47,667 nt of DNA from a bacterium (GCA_043800755.1 JAZDMQ010000127.1:1-47667), one strand, 5' to 3'; shown: positions 17,823 to 29,577, counted from the stretch's first letter. Notes: a model not told the origin generated them from the letters alone. Translations and numbers: made by a program.

Positions 17823-19379
17823 ATGGCTCGGGTAGCTAAAATCTCCCCCTGGCTCTTATCGACCCTGAGCGGTGCCTTGCTCCTGCTCGCTTTTCCCCGG
17901 GCAGACCTGGAGAGCTTGGCGTGGGTCGCTTTCGTCCCTCTCCTGCTCATCCTTCCGCAGGTTTCTCCGGGCAGGGGGTTTCTCTATGGCCTGGTGGCGG
18001 GGCTGGCCTTCTATCTCGGCTCCATCTCCTGGGTAACCCACGCCATGGTGCTCTACGGAGGACTCTCTTGCCCTCTCAGCCTGGTCGCCTTGCTCGCCAT
18101 CTGCCTCTACCTTGGTTCCTATTTCGGGTTGTTTTCTTTCCTCTGCTGCCATTTCCGGTTGCTGTCCGATTGGCGTGGAACCTGGCTGTTGCCGGCCCTT
18201 TGGGTTTCCCTGGAGTTCCTCCGTAATTACCTGCTCTCCGGCTTTCCCTGGAACCTGTTGGGGTATTCCCAATACCAGAGCCCCCACTTCCTGCAGCTGG
18301 CCTCCTTGACCGGCGTCTACGGCCTGTCCTTTCTGATCCTCTTGGTCAATGCGACCTTGGCCTACGCCCTGCTGCAGTCCCTTCGGTCTCGTTCGGTCCT
18401 CAAGGCCCTGCTTGGTGCTGGCATTGCACTGGCCTTAGTCCTCAGCTACGGCCACTTCCGCATCCATCATCTTAGGGAGGGAGAGAGGATAAAGGTGGCG
18501 GTGGCGCAAGGGAATATCGATCAGAGCCTCAAGTGGAACCCTGCCCGACAGCGGGAGACCCTGGAGATTTACAAGAGGCTGACTCGGGAGGCCTCCCGTT
18601 CCCGACCGGCCATGATCGTATGGCCCGAGACCGCGCTCCCCTTCTATCTCCGGCTGGAGGCGAAATATCGGCAGGAGATGCAATCCCTGGCGAACGAGAC
18701 CGGCTCTTACCTGCTGGTAGGAAGCCCGGATTATGAGCAAGAGGGCAGGGAGATTCGCTACTTCAACAGCGCCTTTCTCCTTTCCCCGGGGAAAGATTCG
18801 CTGGAAAGATATGATAAGATACATCTGGTCCCCTTTGGGGAATATGTGCCTCTCCGCAGGTTTCTTCCCTGGGTCAGCAAGTTGGTGGTGGGGATTGGCG
18901 ACTTCTCTGCGGGGCAGGAGGCCAGGATCTTTTCCCTCCCTGCCGCCAAGTTTGGAGTGACCGTTTGTTTCGAGGCGATCTTCCCAGAGCTGGCACGGAA
19001 CTATCGGGCGAGGGGGGCCGATTTTTTGATCAACATTACCAATGACGCCTGGTTTGGAAAGACCGCCGCCCCCTATCAGCATCTGGCCATGGCGACGGTC
19101 AGGGCAGTTGAAAATGGGTGCTATCTGGTGCGCGCAGCCAATACCGGAATTTCCGCGGTCATCAGTCCCGTGGGAAGGATCATCCAATCATCTTCCCTCT
19201 TCACCGAAGACCAATTTACCGCGGATCTGTCCCTTTCCACCAACCTTACTCCCTATGCGAGATATGGAGATGTCTTTGCCCAATGCTGTCTTCTGATCAC
19301 CTTGGTCCTCATCCTCGGTCGCCTCTGGCCCGCGTGGGTGAGGAAGAGGAAGACGCAGGGGGAATTGAGGAGGAGATGA
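17823..19379 (+). CDS. lnt: Apolipoprotein N-acyltransferase
   Basis: GFPWNLLGYSQ, QGNIDQ, WPET (E), YDKIHLVPFGEY (K), VCFEAIF (C), TNDAWFG and RAANTGIS. Confidence 0.96.
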   Translation: MARVAKISPWLLSTLSGALLLLAFPRADLESLAWVAFVPLLLILPQVSPGRGFLYGLVAGLAFYLGSISWVTHAMVLYGGLSCPLSLVALLAICLYLGSYFGLFSFLCCHFRLLSDWRGTWLLPALWVSLEFLRNYLLSGFPWNLLGYSQYQSPHFLQLASLTGVYGLSFLILLVNATLAYALLQSLRSRSVLKALLGAGIALALVLSYGHFRIHHLREGERIKVAVAQGNIDQSLKWNPARQRETLEIYKRLTREASRSRPAMIVWPETALPFYLRLEAKYRQEMQSLANETGSYLLVGSPDYEQEGREIRYFNSAFLLSPGKDSLERYDKIHLVPFGEYVPLRRFLPWVSKLVVGIGDFSAGQEARIFSLPAAKFGVTVCFEAIFPELARNYRARGADFLINITNDAWFGKTAAPYQHLAMATVRAVENGCYLVRAANTGISAVISPVGRIIQSSSLFTEDQFTADLSLSTNLTPYARYGDVFAQCCLLITLVLILGRLWPAWVRKRKTQGELRRR

Positions 19380-19383
19380 AATC

Positions 19384-20491
19384 ATGATCGCCGAATTGCA
19401 GAAGAGGCTTGCTGACCTGGAGGCAAAAGTGGAACGCCTAAGGGGATATCTTTGACTACGATAAGAAACGAGGGAGGTTGAAGGAGTTGGAGGGCATCCT
19501 GGCCGAACCAGATCTTTGGAAGGATCCGGAGAAGGCACAGGTCCTTCTGCGGGAGCGGAGTGGACTGGAAGAGGAGATCTCCGCCCCGGAGAGCCTGAGC
19601 AAAAGAATGGAAGACCAGGGCATCCTGCTTCGATTGGCGGCGGAGGAGGAGGATGGAGCAACCCTGATGGAGGTGGAAGAGGCCCTGAGGGCTCTGGAGC
19701 AGGAGGTATCCACCTGGGAGCTGCAGGTACTGCTGAGCGGAGAGCATGACCAGGGAAATGCGATCTTATCGATCAACCCCGGGGCCGGGGGGACCGAGTC
19801 CCAGGATTGGGCCCAGATGCTTTTGCGCATGTATCTGCGATGGGCTGAGGATCGGGGGTATAAGGCGCAGGTGATCGATCTCCAGCCCGGGGAGGAGGCG
19901 GGCATCAAGAGTGCCACGGTCACCGTCAATGGCCCCTATGTCTACGGCTATCTCAAATCGGAGAGTGGGGTACACCGGCTGGTGCGCATCTCCCCCTTCG
20001 ACTTCAACAAACGCAGGCACACCTCTTTTGCCTCGGTATTCGTTTTTCCGGAGATAGAGGACCATATCGAGGTCCAGATCAATGAGAATGACCTGCGGAT
20101 CGATACCTTCCGATCCAGCAGCGCCGGGGGTCAGCATGTGAATGTGACGGATTCCGCCGTGCGCATCACCCACTTTCCTACCGGGATCGTGGTCACCTGC
20201 CAGAATGAGCGCTCCCAACACAAGAACAAGGCGATGGCCATGAAGGTCCTCCGGGCCCGCCTCTATGAGCATTACCGGCGGGAGCAACAGGCAAAGGTGG
20301 CCGAGATGGAGGGGGAGAAGAAGGAGATCGGCTGGGGGAGCCAGATCCGTTCCTATGTACTCGCCCCTTATCAGCTGGTGAAGGATCATCGCACCGGGTG
20401 GGAGACCGGCAGTGTGGAGGCGGTGTTGAATGGGGCGATCGACCCCTTCATCCAATCCTTTCTCCTCCAATTCCGAGTTTCCTCCGGCTGA
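19384..20491 (+). CDS. prfB: Peptide chain release factor 2, programmed +1 frameshift
   Basis: ORF1 MIAELQKRLADLEAKVERLRGYL ends at CTT TGA C (19450-19456). The +1 frame continues DYDKKRGRLKELEG... with SPF and GGQ motifs. Confidence 0.96.
19441..19456 (+). promoter_or_regulatory. RF2 frameshift cassette
   Basis: AGGGGATATCTTTGAC: internal SD-like AGGGG plus the CTT-TGA-C slippery site. Confidence 0.95.
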
Positions 20492-20597
20492 TGCCATTTT
20501 GCCTCTTGCCTCACCGGCTGGGGGAAGTTTTGGCCTGGGATGAGGGGATGGCCAGAGTAGGGGGAGGGGGTGACCGGGAGATATCTATGGGTAAGCC

Positions 20598-20626
20598 TTG
20601 ACAGGCTGGGGGCTTCTCTCTATAAT
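20598..20626 (+). promoter_or_regulatory. sigma70 promoter for lysS-lolC/E-lolD
   Basis: Perfect TTGACA, 17 nt, TATAAT. Confidence 0.85.
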
Positions 20627-20673
20627 GGGCCGGCCTGGAGGGACTGAAAGAAAGGGTAGAGAGAGGAAAGACC

Positions 20674-22158
20674 GTGGAAGATTTGAATGAGTTGCTTCGG
20701 GAGAGGCGTAGGAAGCTGGAGGAACTGAGAGGGGCGGGGATCGATCCCTTTGGGCATCGTTTCGAGGCCAAAGACCTGGCCCAGGAACTCATAGGCCACT
20801 ATGGGGAGCTGAGAGAAGAAGACCTCCCGCAGGAAGGACTGGTCAGCCTGGCGGGACGGATCGTTTCTCTGCGAAGGCATGGGAAGGCCTCCTTCGCGCA
20901 CCTCCAGGATCGGAGCGGGCGTATCCAGATCTACCTTCGGGAAGAGGAGGTTGGGGAAAGGCCTTATGCCCTTTTCCGGGGGTTAGATGTCGGTGATCTG
21001 ATCGGACTACGAGGGAGGCTCTTTCGCACCAAGACCGGGGAGCTCTCCGTTTGGGTAAAGGAGTTCGAGCTCCTGTGCAAGTCCCTCCGTCCGCTCCCCG
21101 AGAAGTGGCACGGGCTTTCGGATGTAGAGGTGCGCTATCGCCAGAGGTATCTGGATCTACTCGTCAATCCAGAGGTATCCCAGGTCTTCCGGCTTCGCAG
21201 CAGGATCATCCGGGAAATACGGAATTTCCTCGATGCGCGGGGCTATCTGGAGGTGGAGACTCCGATGATGCAGTCCCTTGCCGGTGGCGCCTCAGCCCGG
21301 CCTTTCATCACCCACCATCATGCCCTGAATATGGAGCTCTATCTGCGGATTGCCCCCGAGCTTTACCTCAAGCGGTTGGTGGTTGGGGGCTTGGATCGGG
21401 TTTATGAGATCAATCGCAACTTCCGCAACGAGGGCATCTCCACCCAGCACAATCCGGAATTCACCATGCTGGAGTTCTATCAGGCCTACGCTGACTACCT
21501 GGAGCTCATGGATCTGACTGAGGAACTCATCGGTCAGATTGCCTCCTCCACTTTGGGGGGCCTCGAGGTCGAATTTCGGGGTGAGAAGATCAACCTGCAA
21601 CCGCCCTGGCGTCGCATGACCCTCCAGGATTCCCTGATCCAGATCGGGGGAATCGCCCCCGAGGAGTTGGCAACCCCAGAGGCCATTCTGTTCCTGGCGG
21701 AGAAGATGCATCTTTCCCTGCAGAAGGGTTGGGGGTGGGGAAAGGTCCTGGGCGAGCTGTTCGAGGCCAGGGTGGAGGAGAAACTGATCCAGCCCACCTT
21801 CATTCTCGATTTCCCGCTGGATCTTTCCCCTCTGGCAAAAAAGAAGCCGGACGACTCCCCCTTGGTGGAGCGTTTCGAGCTCTTTATTGGCGGATTAGAG
21901 GTGGCCAACGCCTACTCGGAGTTGAATGATCCGATCGAGCAGAGAAGGCGCTTCGAGGAGCAGGCCAAGAAAAGGGAACTCGGGGACGAGGAGGCCCAAA
22001 TCATTGATGAGGACTTCATTAGGGCGCTGGAATACGGAATGCCCCCGTGCGCCGGGGAGGGGATTGGGGTCGATCGCCTGGCCATGATTTTCACCCATTC
22101 GGCCTCTATTCGAGATGTCATCCTTTTTCCTCTCATGCGTCCGGAAAGGGAATCATGA
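20674..22158 (+). CDS. lysS: Lysine--tRNA ligase (class II)
   Basis: [50 protein letters not shown] and [18 protein letters not shown] start. Confidence 0.97.
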   Translation: MEDLNELLRERRRKLEELRGAGIDPFGHRFEAKDLAQELIGHYGELREEDLPQEGLVSLAGRIVSLRRHGKASFAHLQDRSGRIQIYLREEEVGERPYALFRGLDVGDLIGLRGRLFRTKTGELSVWVKEFELLCKSLRPLPEKWHGLSDVEVRYRQRYLDLLVNPEVSQVFRLRSRIIREIRNFLDARGYLEVETPMMQSLAGGASARPFITHHHALNMELYLRIAPELYLKRLVVGGLDRVYEINRNFRNEGISTQHNPEFTMLEFYQAYADYLELMDLTEELIGQIASSTLGGLEVEFRGEKINLQPPWRRMTLQDSLIQIGGIAPEELATPEAILFLAEKMHLSLQKGWGWGKVLGELFEARVEEKLIQPTFILDFPLDLSPLAKKKPDDSPLVERFELFIGGLEVANAYSELNDPIEQRRRFEEQAKKRELGDEEAQIIDEDFIRALEYGMPPCAGEGIGVDRLAMIFTHSASIRDVILFPLMRPERES

Positions 22159-23393
22159 CCCTTCCCTATGAGCTCTTCCTGGCCCTGCGCTACCTGAAGA
22201 GCAGGCGAGGACAAGCCTTTTTTTCCCTGATTACCCTCATCTCGGTGGGGGGGGTCACCCTGGGGGTGATGGCCCTGATCATCGTGCTTTCAGTGATGAG
22301 CGGCTTCGAGAATGACCTTCGTAGCAAGATTTTAGGAACCAATGCGCACCTGGTGGTGCTCAAGCTGGGAGAAAAGGGACTGGATACCCCGGAAGAGGCC
22401 CTGGACAAGATCAAAGGCGTGAAGCATGTGGTGGACGCCTCCCCCTTTACCCTCAACCAGGTGATGCTGACCTCGGAGAATAATGTCTCCGGAGTCGTGC
22501 TGCGAGGGATCAACCCGGGCAGCGAAGGGAAGGTGACTGACTTAGCCAGGAATCTCAAAGAGGGCAACCTCTCCGACCTGGCCTCGGGAGGGGCTTCGGG
22601 GAACGGGATCCTCCTGGGCCGGGAGCTGTCCCGGCATCTGGGTGTCTCTCTGGGGGGTTCGGTCAATGTGGTGTCACCCCTGGGCAGTATTCCCACCCCG
22701 GTGGGCCTCATGCCCAAGGTGAAGCAGTTTCGCGTGGCGGGGATCTTTGAGGCGGGGATGTATGAGTACGATTCGAGCCTAGCCTATATCCCCATCGCGG
22801 CCGCCCAAGAGTTCTTTCGAATGGGATCCGCAGTGAGCGGCATCGAGGTCAAGCTCGATGACATCTATCAGGCCAAAGAGGCCGCTGCCGAGATTCAGAA
22901 ACGCCTAGGATTCTCTTATTGGACGAGGGACTGGATGGAGATGAACCGCAACCTCTTCTCTGCCCTGAAGTTAGAGAGGATTGCCATGTTCATCATCTTG
23001 GTGCTCATTGTGTTGGTGGCCGCCTTCAACATCGTCAGCACCCTGATCATGATGGTGATGAAGAAGGGCCGGGATATCGGCATCCTGAAATCGATGGGGG
23101 CGAATTCGCGCAGCATCATGTTGATCTTCGTGATGCAGGGGGTGGTGATTGGGCTAGTGGGGACTATCCTGGGGTGTCTCTTCGGCTTCGGGGCGTGTTG
23201 GGCCCTGGATACCTACAAGTTCATCAAGCTGCCGGGGGATATCTACTATATTGACTCCCTTCCCGTGCTGATGAAGGGCTTCGATTTTGTGATTGTCTCC
23301 CTCTCCGCCTTGCTGATCAGTTTCCTTGCCACCCTCTACCCTTCGCGGCAAGCGGCGAAGTTAGACCCGGTGGTAGCCATCCGCTATGAGTGA
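22155..23393 (+). CDS. lolE: Lipoprotein-releasing ABC transporter permease (LolC/E/F)
   Basis: [57 protein letters not shown] overlap with lysS. Only one permease gene is present. Confidence 0.9.
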   Translation: MTLPYELFLALRYLKSRRGQAFFSLITLISVGGVTLGVMALIIVLSVMSGFENDLRSKILGTNAHLVVLKLGEKGLDTPEEALDKIKGVKHVVDASPFTLNQVMLTSENNVSGVVLRGINPGSEGKVTDLARNLKEGNLSDLASGGASGNGILLGRELSRHLGVSLGGSVNVVSPLGSIPTPVGLMPKVKQFRVAGIFEAGMYEYDSSLAYIPIAAAQEFFRMGSAVSGIEVKLDDIYQAKEAAAEIQKRLGFSYWTRDWMEMNRNLFSALKLERIAMFIILVLIVLVAAFNIVSTLIMMVMKKGRDIGILKSMGANSRSIMLIFVMQGVVIGLVGTILGCLFGFGACWALDTYKFIKLPGDIYYIDSLPVLMKGFDFVIVSLSALLISFLATLYPSRQAAKLDPVVAIRYE

Positions 23394-24069
23394 GTTCATC
23401 GAGGCCAGGGATCTGGATAAGTCCTTCTGGTTGGGGGGAGAGGCGATTCCGGTCCTGAAGGGGGTCAACTTGAAGGTCCGTCGCGGGGAGTTTGTCTCCA
23501 TCGTGGGCCCCTCAGGGGTGGGCAAGAGCACCCTGTTACACCTACTGGGGGCCCTGGATCGGCCGACTTCGGGCGATGTGATCTACGAAGGCTCCCCCCT
23601 CTCCGTTCTCTCGGAAGAGGAGTTGGCCGCCTTCCGCAACCGGACCATCGGCTTCGTCTTTCAATTCCACCACCTGCTCCCGGAATTTTCTGCCCTCGAG
23701 AATACCATGATGCCTGCCCTCATTGCCCGGATGTCGAAAGAGGAGGCAAAGAAGGCAGCCATCTCCATTCTGCGAGAGGTCGATCTCTCCCACCGGTTGC
23801 GTCACAAGCCGGGAGAGCTCTCCGGCGGAGAACAACAAAGGGTTGCCCTGGCCCGGGCGTTGGTCGCTTTCCCCTCGGTGATCTTGGCGGATGAGCCGAC
23901 AGGCAATCTGGATGGCTCTAACAGCAAGGGCATCTTCGAACTCCTTCATCGCCTGAATCGGGAGAGGCAGCTCACCATCATCGTGGTCACCCACAATGAG
24001 GGATTGGCCTCCGCCACCCATCGTAGGGTAAGAATGGCGGATGGCTGCATCGTGGGCGGCGCCCCATAG
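23386..24069 (+). CDS. lolD: Lipoprotein-releasing ABC transporter ATPase
   Basis: [19 protein letters not shown] (LolD motif), LSGGEQQR and [10 protein letters not shown]. Confidence 0.93.
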   Translation: MSEFIEARDLDKSFWLGGEAIPVLKGVNLKVRRGEFVSIVGPSGVGKSTLLHLLGALDRPTSGDVIYEGSPLSVLSEEELAAFRNRTIGFVFQFHHLLPEFSALENTMMPALIARMSKEEAKKAAISILREVDLSHRLRHKPGELSGGEQQRVALARALVAFPSVILADEPTGNLDGSNSKGIFELLHRLNRERQLTIIVVTHNEGLASATHRRVRMADGCIVGGAP

Positions 24070-24111
24070 ACGGCTTTGGTGAGTGATTTTTTCCCATCCT
24101 TATGATTTGAC

Positions 24112-24139
24112 TTGACGAATTCCGAAGGAATCCTATAAT
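24112..24139 (+). promoter_or_regulatory. sigma70 promoter for clpC
   Basis: TTGACG, 16 nt, TATAAT. Confidence 0.7.
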
Positions 24140-24174
24140 GCAAACTGAGATAAGGAAGCAGGACAGGAATACCC

Positions 24175-26607
24175 ATGTTTGAACGATTTACCGAGAGAGC
24201 GCGAAAGGTTATCATCTTTGCCCGCGAAGAGGCGATCAGGCTGGGGCATAGCTATGTAGGCCCCGAACACCTCCTGCTGGGTCTTATACGCGAGGGCGAC
24301 GGGCTGGCCGTGGCCATCTTGAAGAAGATGGGGCTCAGCATGCCCTTGCTGAAGGCGGAGGTGGAAAAGGGGCTTGTGGCCGGTTCCAAGGAGATCCCCG
24401 CCGGGGAGATCCCCTTCTCCACGCAAGGGAAGAGGGTCCTGGAATTGGCCATCCTGGAGGCCCGATCTCTGGGGCACAATTACATCGGGACCGAGCACCT
24501 GCTCCTTGGCCTGATCAAGGAGGGAGAGGGGATTGCTTCCCTGACGCTCCAAGCGAATGGGATCCCTGAGACCACCGCCAGGTCGTTGGCCCTGGAACTA
24601 TTAGGAGAAAAGAGTTCCCGCCCCGCGGCCCAATCTCGTACCCCCACTGTGGATGAGTTTGGACGAGACCTAACTGGCCTGGCCCGGCAGGACAGGCTCG
24701 ATCCCGTCGTGGGGAGGGAGATGGAGATCGAGAGGGTGATTCAGATCCTCTCCCGGAGGACCAAGAACAACCCGGTGCTGATCGGTGAGGCGGGAGTGGG
24801 AAAGACCGCCATTGTAGAGGGACTTGCCCAGAGGATCGTTCACAACATCATCCCCGAGACTCTGCTCAACAAGAGGGTGGTGATGCTGGACTTGGCCGCA
24901 CTGGTGGCGGGCACCAAATACCGGGGACAATTCGAGGAGCGACTGAAGGCGGTCTTAAAGGAGGTTCAGCAGGCAGGGAATATCATTATCTTCATCGATG
25001 AGCTTCACACCCTGGTCGGCGCGGGCGCAGCGGAGGGGGCCATCGATGCCTCGAACATGTTGAAGCCGTCCTTGGCCCGAGGAGAGATCCAGGTGATCGG
25101 GGCGACTACCCTGGATGAGTATCGCCGTTTCATCGAAAAGGATCGTTCTCTGGAGCGGAGATTCCAGGCTATCATCGTGGAGGCTCCTTCGGTGGATGAG
25201 ACCATCAAGATCCTGCGAGAGATTCGGGATCGCTATGAGGCTCATCACTCGGCCACGATAACCGACGAGGCGCTGACTGCCGCGGCCCGCCTCTCCCAGA
25301 GGTACATCGCCGATCGCTTTCTGCCGGATAAGGCGATCGATGTCATCGACGAGGCATCCTCTCGGGCTCGATTGAAGAGCCTCACCCTTCCTCCCGAGCT
25401 CCAGGAGTTGGAGATGGAGGTGGAGAGGCTCCGCCAGCAGAAGGATGAGGCCATCCGCACCCAGGCCTTTGAGGTGGCGGCCCGGATCCGCGATCTGGAG
25501 AGAAAGGCGAAGGCCGAGCTGGAGGAAAAGAAGCTCCGCTGGAAGGAAACTCGGGCCAAGGAGAAGATCGTAGTCAGCGATGAGGATATCGCCTATGTGG
25601 TCTCTCGCTGGACCGGAATCCCCCTCTTTCGGATCGGAGAAGAGGAGTCAGAGAAACTCCTGCGCATGGAATCCGAACTCCACCGTCGGGTGATCGGCCA
25701 GGATGAGGCGATTAGAGCAGTATCTCGCGCGGTTCGCCGGTCCCGCGCTGGCCTGAAAAATCCGCGGAGGCCTGTCGGATCTTTCATTTTTCTGGGCCCC
25801 ACCGGCGTAGGCAAGACGGAGCTGGCCAAGGTCCTGTCGGAATTCCTGTTTGGGACGGAGGATTCATTAATTCGGATCGACATGTCCGAGTATATGGAGA
25901 AGTTCTCGGTCTCCCGCCTGACCGGGGCACCTCCCGGTTATGTGGGCTACGAGGACTCCAGCCACCTGACGGAGAAGGTGAGGCGCCATCCCTATTCGGT
26001 GATCCTCTTCGATGAGATCGAAAAAGCCCACCCGGAGGTTTTCAATCTACTGCTGCAGATCTTAGAAGACGGGCACCTCACCGATAACACGGGCAAGTTG
26101 GTTGATTTCAAGAACGCCGTGGTGATCATGACCTCGAACCTGGGGGCCAGGCAGATCGGCACTTCCGCCACCTTGGGCTTCAGCAAGGAGGAGGAAGGGA
26201 GAATGCCCTATGACAAGATGAAGGAGACGGTCCTTTCCGAGCTGAAGCGGACCTTCAATCCGGAACTGCTCAATCGCATCGACGAGGTGATCGTCTTTCA
26301 CCCCTTGGATAGAGAGCATTTGACCAGGATCGTGGATTTGATGATCAGCCGTATCCAGGAGCAATTGGAGGAGAAGAGCCTCAGCCTCTATCTGGAGGAC
26401 GATGCCAAGGACTTCCTCATTCGGGAGGGATATGACCCGACCTACGGGGCGAGACCCCTGCGGCGGGCCATCGAAAGATACATTGAGGATCCCTTAGCGG
26501 AAGAGGTGTTGAAGGGGAAGTTTGCCGAGGGAGGTACCATCTTAGTAAAGCTGGGCCAGGGTACCCTTCGGTTCGAGTTGAGCCATGCATTAAAGACGAA
26601 GAAGTGA
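24175..26607 (+). CDS. clpC: ATP-dependent Clp protease ATPase ClpC
   Basis: [10 protein letters not shown], double Clp-N repeats, two Walker A motifs ([16 protein letters not shown]), short UVR-type middle domain and LGF ClpP-docking loop. Confidence 0.93.
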   Translation: MFERFTERARKVIIFAREEAIRLGHSYVGPEHLLLGLIREGDGLAVAILKKMGLSMPLLKAEVEKGLVAGSKEIPAGEIPFSTQGKRVLELAILEARSLGHNYIGTEHLLLGLIKEGEGIASLTLQANGIPETTARSLALELLGEKSSRPAAQSRTPTVDEFGRDLTGLARQDRLDPVVGREMEIERVIQILSRRTKNNPVLIGEAGVGKTAIVEGLAQRIVHNIIPETLLNKRVVMLDLAALVAGTKYRGQFEERLKAVLKEVQQAGNIIIFIDELHTLVGAGAAEGAIDASNMLKPSLARGEIQVIGATTLDEYRRFIEKDRSLERRFQAIIVEAPSVDETIKILREIRDRYEAHHSATITDEALTAAARLSQRYIADRFLPDKAIDVIDEASSRARLKSLTLPPELQELEMEVERLRQQKDEAIRTQAFEVAARIRDLERKAKAELEEKKLRWKETRAKEKIVVSDEDIAYVVSRWTGIPLFRIGEEESEKLLRMESELHRRVIGQDEAIRAVSRAVRRSRAGLKNPRRPVGSFIFLGPTGVGKTELAKVLSEFLFGTEDSLIRIDMSEYMEKFSVSRLTGAPPGYVGYEDSSHLTEKVRRHPYSVILFDEIEKAHPEVFNLLLQILEDGHLTDNTGKLVDFKNAVVIMTSNLGARQIGTSATLGFSKEEEGRMPYDKMKETVLSELKRTFNPELLNRIDEVIVFHPLDREHLTRIVDLMISRIQEQLEEKSLSLYLEDDAKDFLIREGYDPTYGARPLRRAIERYIEDPLAEEVLKGKFAEGGTILVKLGQGTLRFELSHALKTKK

Positions 26608-26631
26608 TGTCCAATGCTAAGTTATCTACCT

Positions 26632-26657
26632 GAGCCCTCGTCCGAGAGGGTTTTTTT
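26632..26657 (+). terminator. Intrinsic terminator after clpC
   Basis: GAGCCCTC-gtccga-GAGGGTTT plus T run. Confidence 0.75.
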
Positions 26658-26689
26658 GTTTACCGGGGCCCATCAGTCAGCGTGATGAT

Positions 26690-28990
26690 GTGTGGCCAAA
26701 TCCATATTCCTTGCATACCCAATCACCTTTGTCTCATTCGAAATACAAACTCGCGGTTCTCCTCTTTCTTACCCTGCTTGTGATCTCCTCCAGTCCCATC
26801 CCCTCGGCTGGCGAGCAGGAGAAGATTGTCATCAAAGAGATATCCATCCAAGGGAATCGAAAGATCGAAGAGGCGACCATCCGTTTCAAGATGAAGACCA
26901 AGGTGGGCGAGGAATTCTCGGTCGAGAATCTGCGAGAAGATGTGAAGACCCTCTATTCCACGGGTTATTTCGACCAGGTGACCGTCGACGCCGAGGGATT
27001 TGAAGGGGGGTTAAAGCTCACCATCCAGGTCAAAGAAAAGCCTTACATCAAAGAGGTCGTGTTGAAAGGCAACGAGGCCTTTGAGACCAAGAAGATCATG
27101 GAAAAGGTGGATCTGCCCCTCGGTTCTATTGCCAACCCCTTGATCCTCAATCAGAATGCAGAGAAAATCCGCCTGTTTTACGAAGAGGGTGGGTATTATC
27201 AGGCGGCGGTGACGCCAACGGTGGAGCCGGTATCGGAGAACGAGGCAAAGGCCGTCTTCTTGATCGAGGAGAACGCGAAGTTTGAGATCGAAGAGATCGC
27301 CTTCACCGGCAATAAGGCCTTCAGCGCAGGCAAGTTGAGAAAGCAGATGAAGACCAAGGAGCTCTTCCTCCTCTTTATCTATGGAACGCTCAAGGGCGCC
27401 GAGTTGAAGGCCGACATCGATCGGCTCAAGGGCTTCTATCTCAACAATGGCTATCTGGACGTCAAAATCGGGGTGCCTCAGGTGGAGGTTGATCGAGAGA
27501 AAAAGAAGATCCGCATTGGCGTCCATATTGAGGAGGGGCCCCAGTTCAAGGTGGGGCAGGTGAGCCTGTCGGGAAATACAGTCTTCGAGGGAAAGGAGCT
27601 ATTGCCGGATCTGAAAACGAAAAAGGAGGAGGTTTTCAGTTACGAGGTCCTGCAGCGCGATATCTTTTCCATCACGGACAAGTATGGAGAGAAAGGATAC
27701 ATCTTTGCCGATGTGACTCCCATCACCGAGCTCGACCGGGAAAAGCTGCTGGTAGACATCAAGCTCACGGTCCAAGAAGGACGGCAGATGAAACTGGAGA
27801 GGATAGAGGTCAGCGGAAACGATCGGACTCGGGATAATGTCATCCGCCGGGAGTTGAGAATCGCCGAATCAGATATCTTCGACAGTCGGGCCGTGCGCAG
27901 AGGGAAAGAGGCCCTAAATTACCTGGGATTCTTCGAAGAGGTGAATGTGGACACGGTCCCTGGGAGCACGGAGGATCAATTGATTGTGAAGGCAGGAGTA
28001 AAGGAACGCCTGACCGGCACCTTTTCCCTGGGCGGAGGCTACGGGTCGGTGGATGGCGTCATGGGGATGGTCCAGATCGCCGAATCCAACCTCTTCGGAA
28101 GGGGACTGCGGCTTTCCCTCACTGCGGAGATCAGCCAGAAGAGGCGGAGATTCGATCTCGGTTTTTTTGACCGCAAGGTCTTTGATACGGACAATTCGGT
28201 GGGATTCAATCTCTACAATCAGGACCGCCTCTTCCCGACCTGGAACGAGGGAAGGCAGGGCGGCGATGTAACCTATGGCCGTCCCATCTTGTCGGGTTTC
28301 GATGGCTATTTGACTTATCGCTATGAGAAGGTTAAAATCTATGGCCTGTCCGATCGGGCGCCGAGCCTCGTAAAGGATGAAAGGGGGTCCTCTTCTACTA
28401 GCAGCCTGACATTGGCGATAGTTAAGGATCTGCGCGACAATCGCCTCGACCCCACGAGGGGAAGCAATAGCCTTGCCTCCGTCCAGTATGCGGGCGGGAT
28501 TATGGGTGGGGCAAACCATTTCACGAAATACGAGGCGGATTCGAGCTATTACCAACCCCTCTTCTGGAAGGTGGTGGGGGTGCTCCATGGAAGCATCGGC
28601 TACGGGGAGGGCATCGGTGACCATCGCCTGCCCCTCTACGAAAGGTACTTCCTGGGAGGTCCGACCACCGTGCGGGGATATAAGTTCCGGGAGGTTGGCC
28701 CGGTCGACAAACACGATCAGCCCTATGGGGGGAACAAGAGGTTGTCTTTCAATGCCGAGGTGATCTTTCCCCTCATCGAAACCTTCAAAGGGGTCATCTT
28801 CTACGACCGAGGAAACGCCTGGGGAGAAGGGGAGAACATGAGTCTCTCGGAGATGCGGCAGGGGGCCGGGGTGGGCCTTCGATTCTTTTCTCCGCTGGGC
28901 CCCATCCGCCTGGAATACGGATGGAAGCTGGATCGGAGAAGGGATGAGAGTAAAGGCCAGTTTCATTTTTCCGTCGGCGCATTCTTCTAA
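26690..28990 (+). CDS. bamA: Outer membrane protein assembly factor BamA
   Basis: Signal peptide, POTRA repeats (GNRKI, GNDRTRDNVIRRE), NLFGRG, VRGY and C-terminal FHFSVGAFF. Exact start uncertain. Confidence 0.95.
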   Translation: MWPNPYSLHTQSPLSHSKYKLAVLLFLTLLVISSSPIPSAGEQEKIVIKEISIQGNRKIEEATIRFKMKTKVGEEFSVENLREDVKTLYSTGYFDQVTVDAEGFEGGLKLTIQVKEKPYIKEVVLKGNEAFETKKIMEKVDLPLGSIANPLILNQNAEKIRLFYEEGGYYQAAVTPTVEPVSENEAKAVFLIEENAKFEIEEIAFTGNKAFSAGKLRKQMKTKELFLLFIYGTLKGAELKADIDRLKGFYLNNGYLDVKIGVPQVEVDREKKKIRIGVHIEEGPQFKVGQVSLSGNTVFEGKELLPDLKTKKEEVFSYEVLQRDIFSITDKYGEKGYIFADVTPITELDREKLLVDIKLTVQEGRQMKLERIEVSGNDRTRDNVIRRELRIAESDIFDSRAVRRGKEALNYLGFFEEVNVDTVPGSTEDQLIVKAGVKERLTGTFSLGGGYGSVDGVMGMVQIAESNLFGRGLRLSLTAEISQKRRRFDLGFFDRKVFDTDNSVGFNLYNQDRLFPTWNEGRQGGDVTYGRPILSGFDGYLTYRYEKVKIYGLSDRAPSLVKDERGSSSTSSLTLAIVKDLRDNRLDPTRGSNSLASVQYAGGIMGGANHFTKYEADSSYYQPLFWKVVGVLHGSIGYGEGIGDHRLPLYERYFLGGPTTVRGYKFREVGPVDKHDQPYGGNKRLSFNAEVIFPLIETFKGVIFYDRGNAWGEGENMSLSEMRQGAGVGLRFFSPLGPIRLEYGWKLDRRRDESKGQFHFSVGAFF

Positions 28991-29016
28991 ATCTGAATCC
29001 ACGGGGGGACCAAGAC

Positions 29017-29553
29017 ATGAGACGATGGATCATTATGAGCAGCGTGATCGCGGTGACGCTCACCTTGGGGATGGCCTTCCTTCCCGAATCGAGGGCAGCG
29101 AATCCGTTCCGGGTGGGCACAGTGGACATCCAGCAGATCCTCTTAGAATCCAAGGCCGGAAAACAGGCCAAGGCAAAGGTCGAGGCGGAGCGGGACCTGA
29201 GGCAGAAGGAAATCACCGCCAAGGAGGAGGAGGTTGCCAAGCTACAGCAGGACCTGGGAAAACAGTCTTCCATCCTGAGCGAGGCCGCCCGCAAGGAGAA
29301 GCAAGACGCCATCGACCGCAAGGTCCGGGATCTGAAGAGGATCTACGATGACTTCAGCCGCGACCTGCAAAAGAAGGAGGGGGAGTTGGTGCGGGAGCTC
29401 CTCAAAGAGCTCACGGCCCTCATTCGGGACTATGGGAAAGAGAAGGGGTACACCCTGATCCTGGAGAGGGGACAGTCCGGGATCGTCTACGGGACGGAAG
29501 AGATTGATCTGACCAAGGCGATCATGGCTTTGTTTGACGCCAAGACCAAGTGA
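29017..29553 (+). CDS. skp: Periplasmic chaperone Skp/OmpH
   Basis: Signal peptide, VGTVDIQQIL.ES.AGK, coiled coil, GYTLIL..IDLT; downstream of bamA. Confidence 0.92.
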   Translation: MRRWIIMSSVIAVTLTLGMAFLPESRAANPFRVGTVDIQQILLESKAGKQAKAKVEAERDLRQKEITAKEEEVAKLQQDLGKQSSILSEAARKEKQDAIDRKVRDLKRIYDDFSRDLQKKEGELVRELLKELTALIRDYGKEKGYTLILERGQSGIVYGTEEIDLTKAIMALFDAKTK

Positions 29554-29577
29554 GTCGCCAGGGCGGAGGGGAATGAC

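Noticed and set aside
24106..24117. TTTGACTTGAC upstream of clpC as a CtsR box
   Set aside because: It does not fit the spaced heptad repeat (GGTCAAA-NAN-GGTCAAA) and is explained by the -35 element.
27914..29002. 362-aa minus-strand ORF, and similarly 31103..32125
   Set aside because: Antisense shadows of bamA and lpxA.
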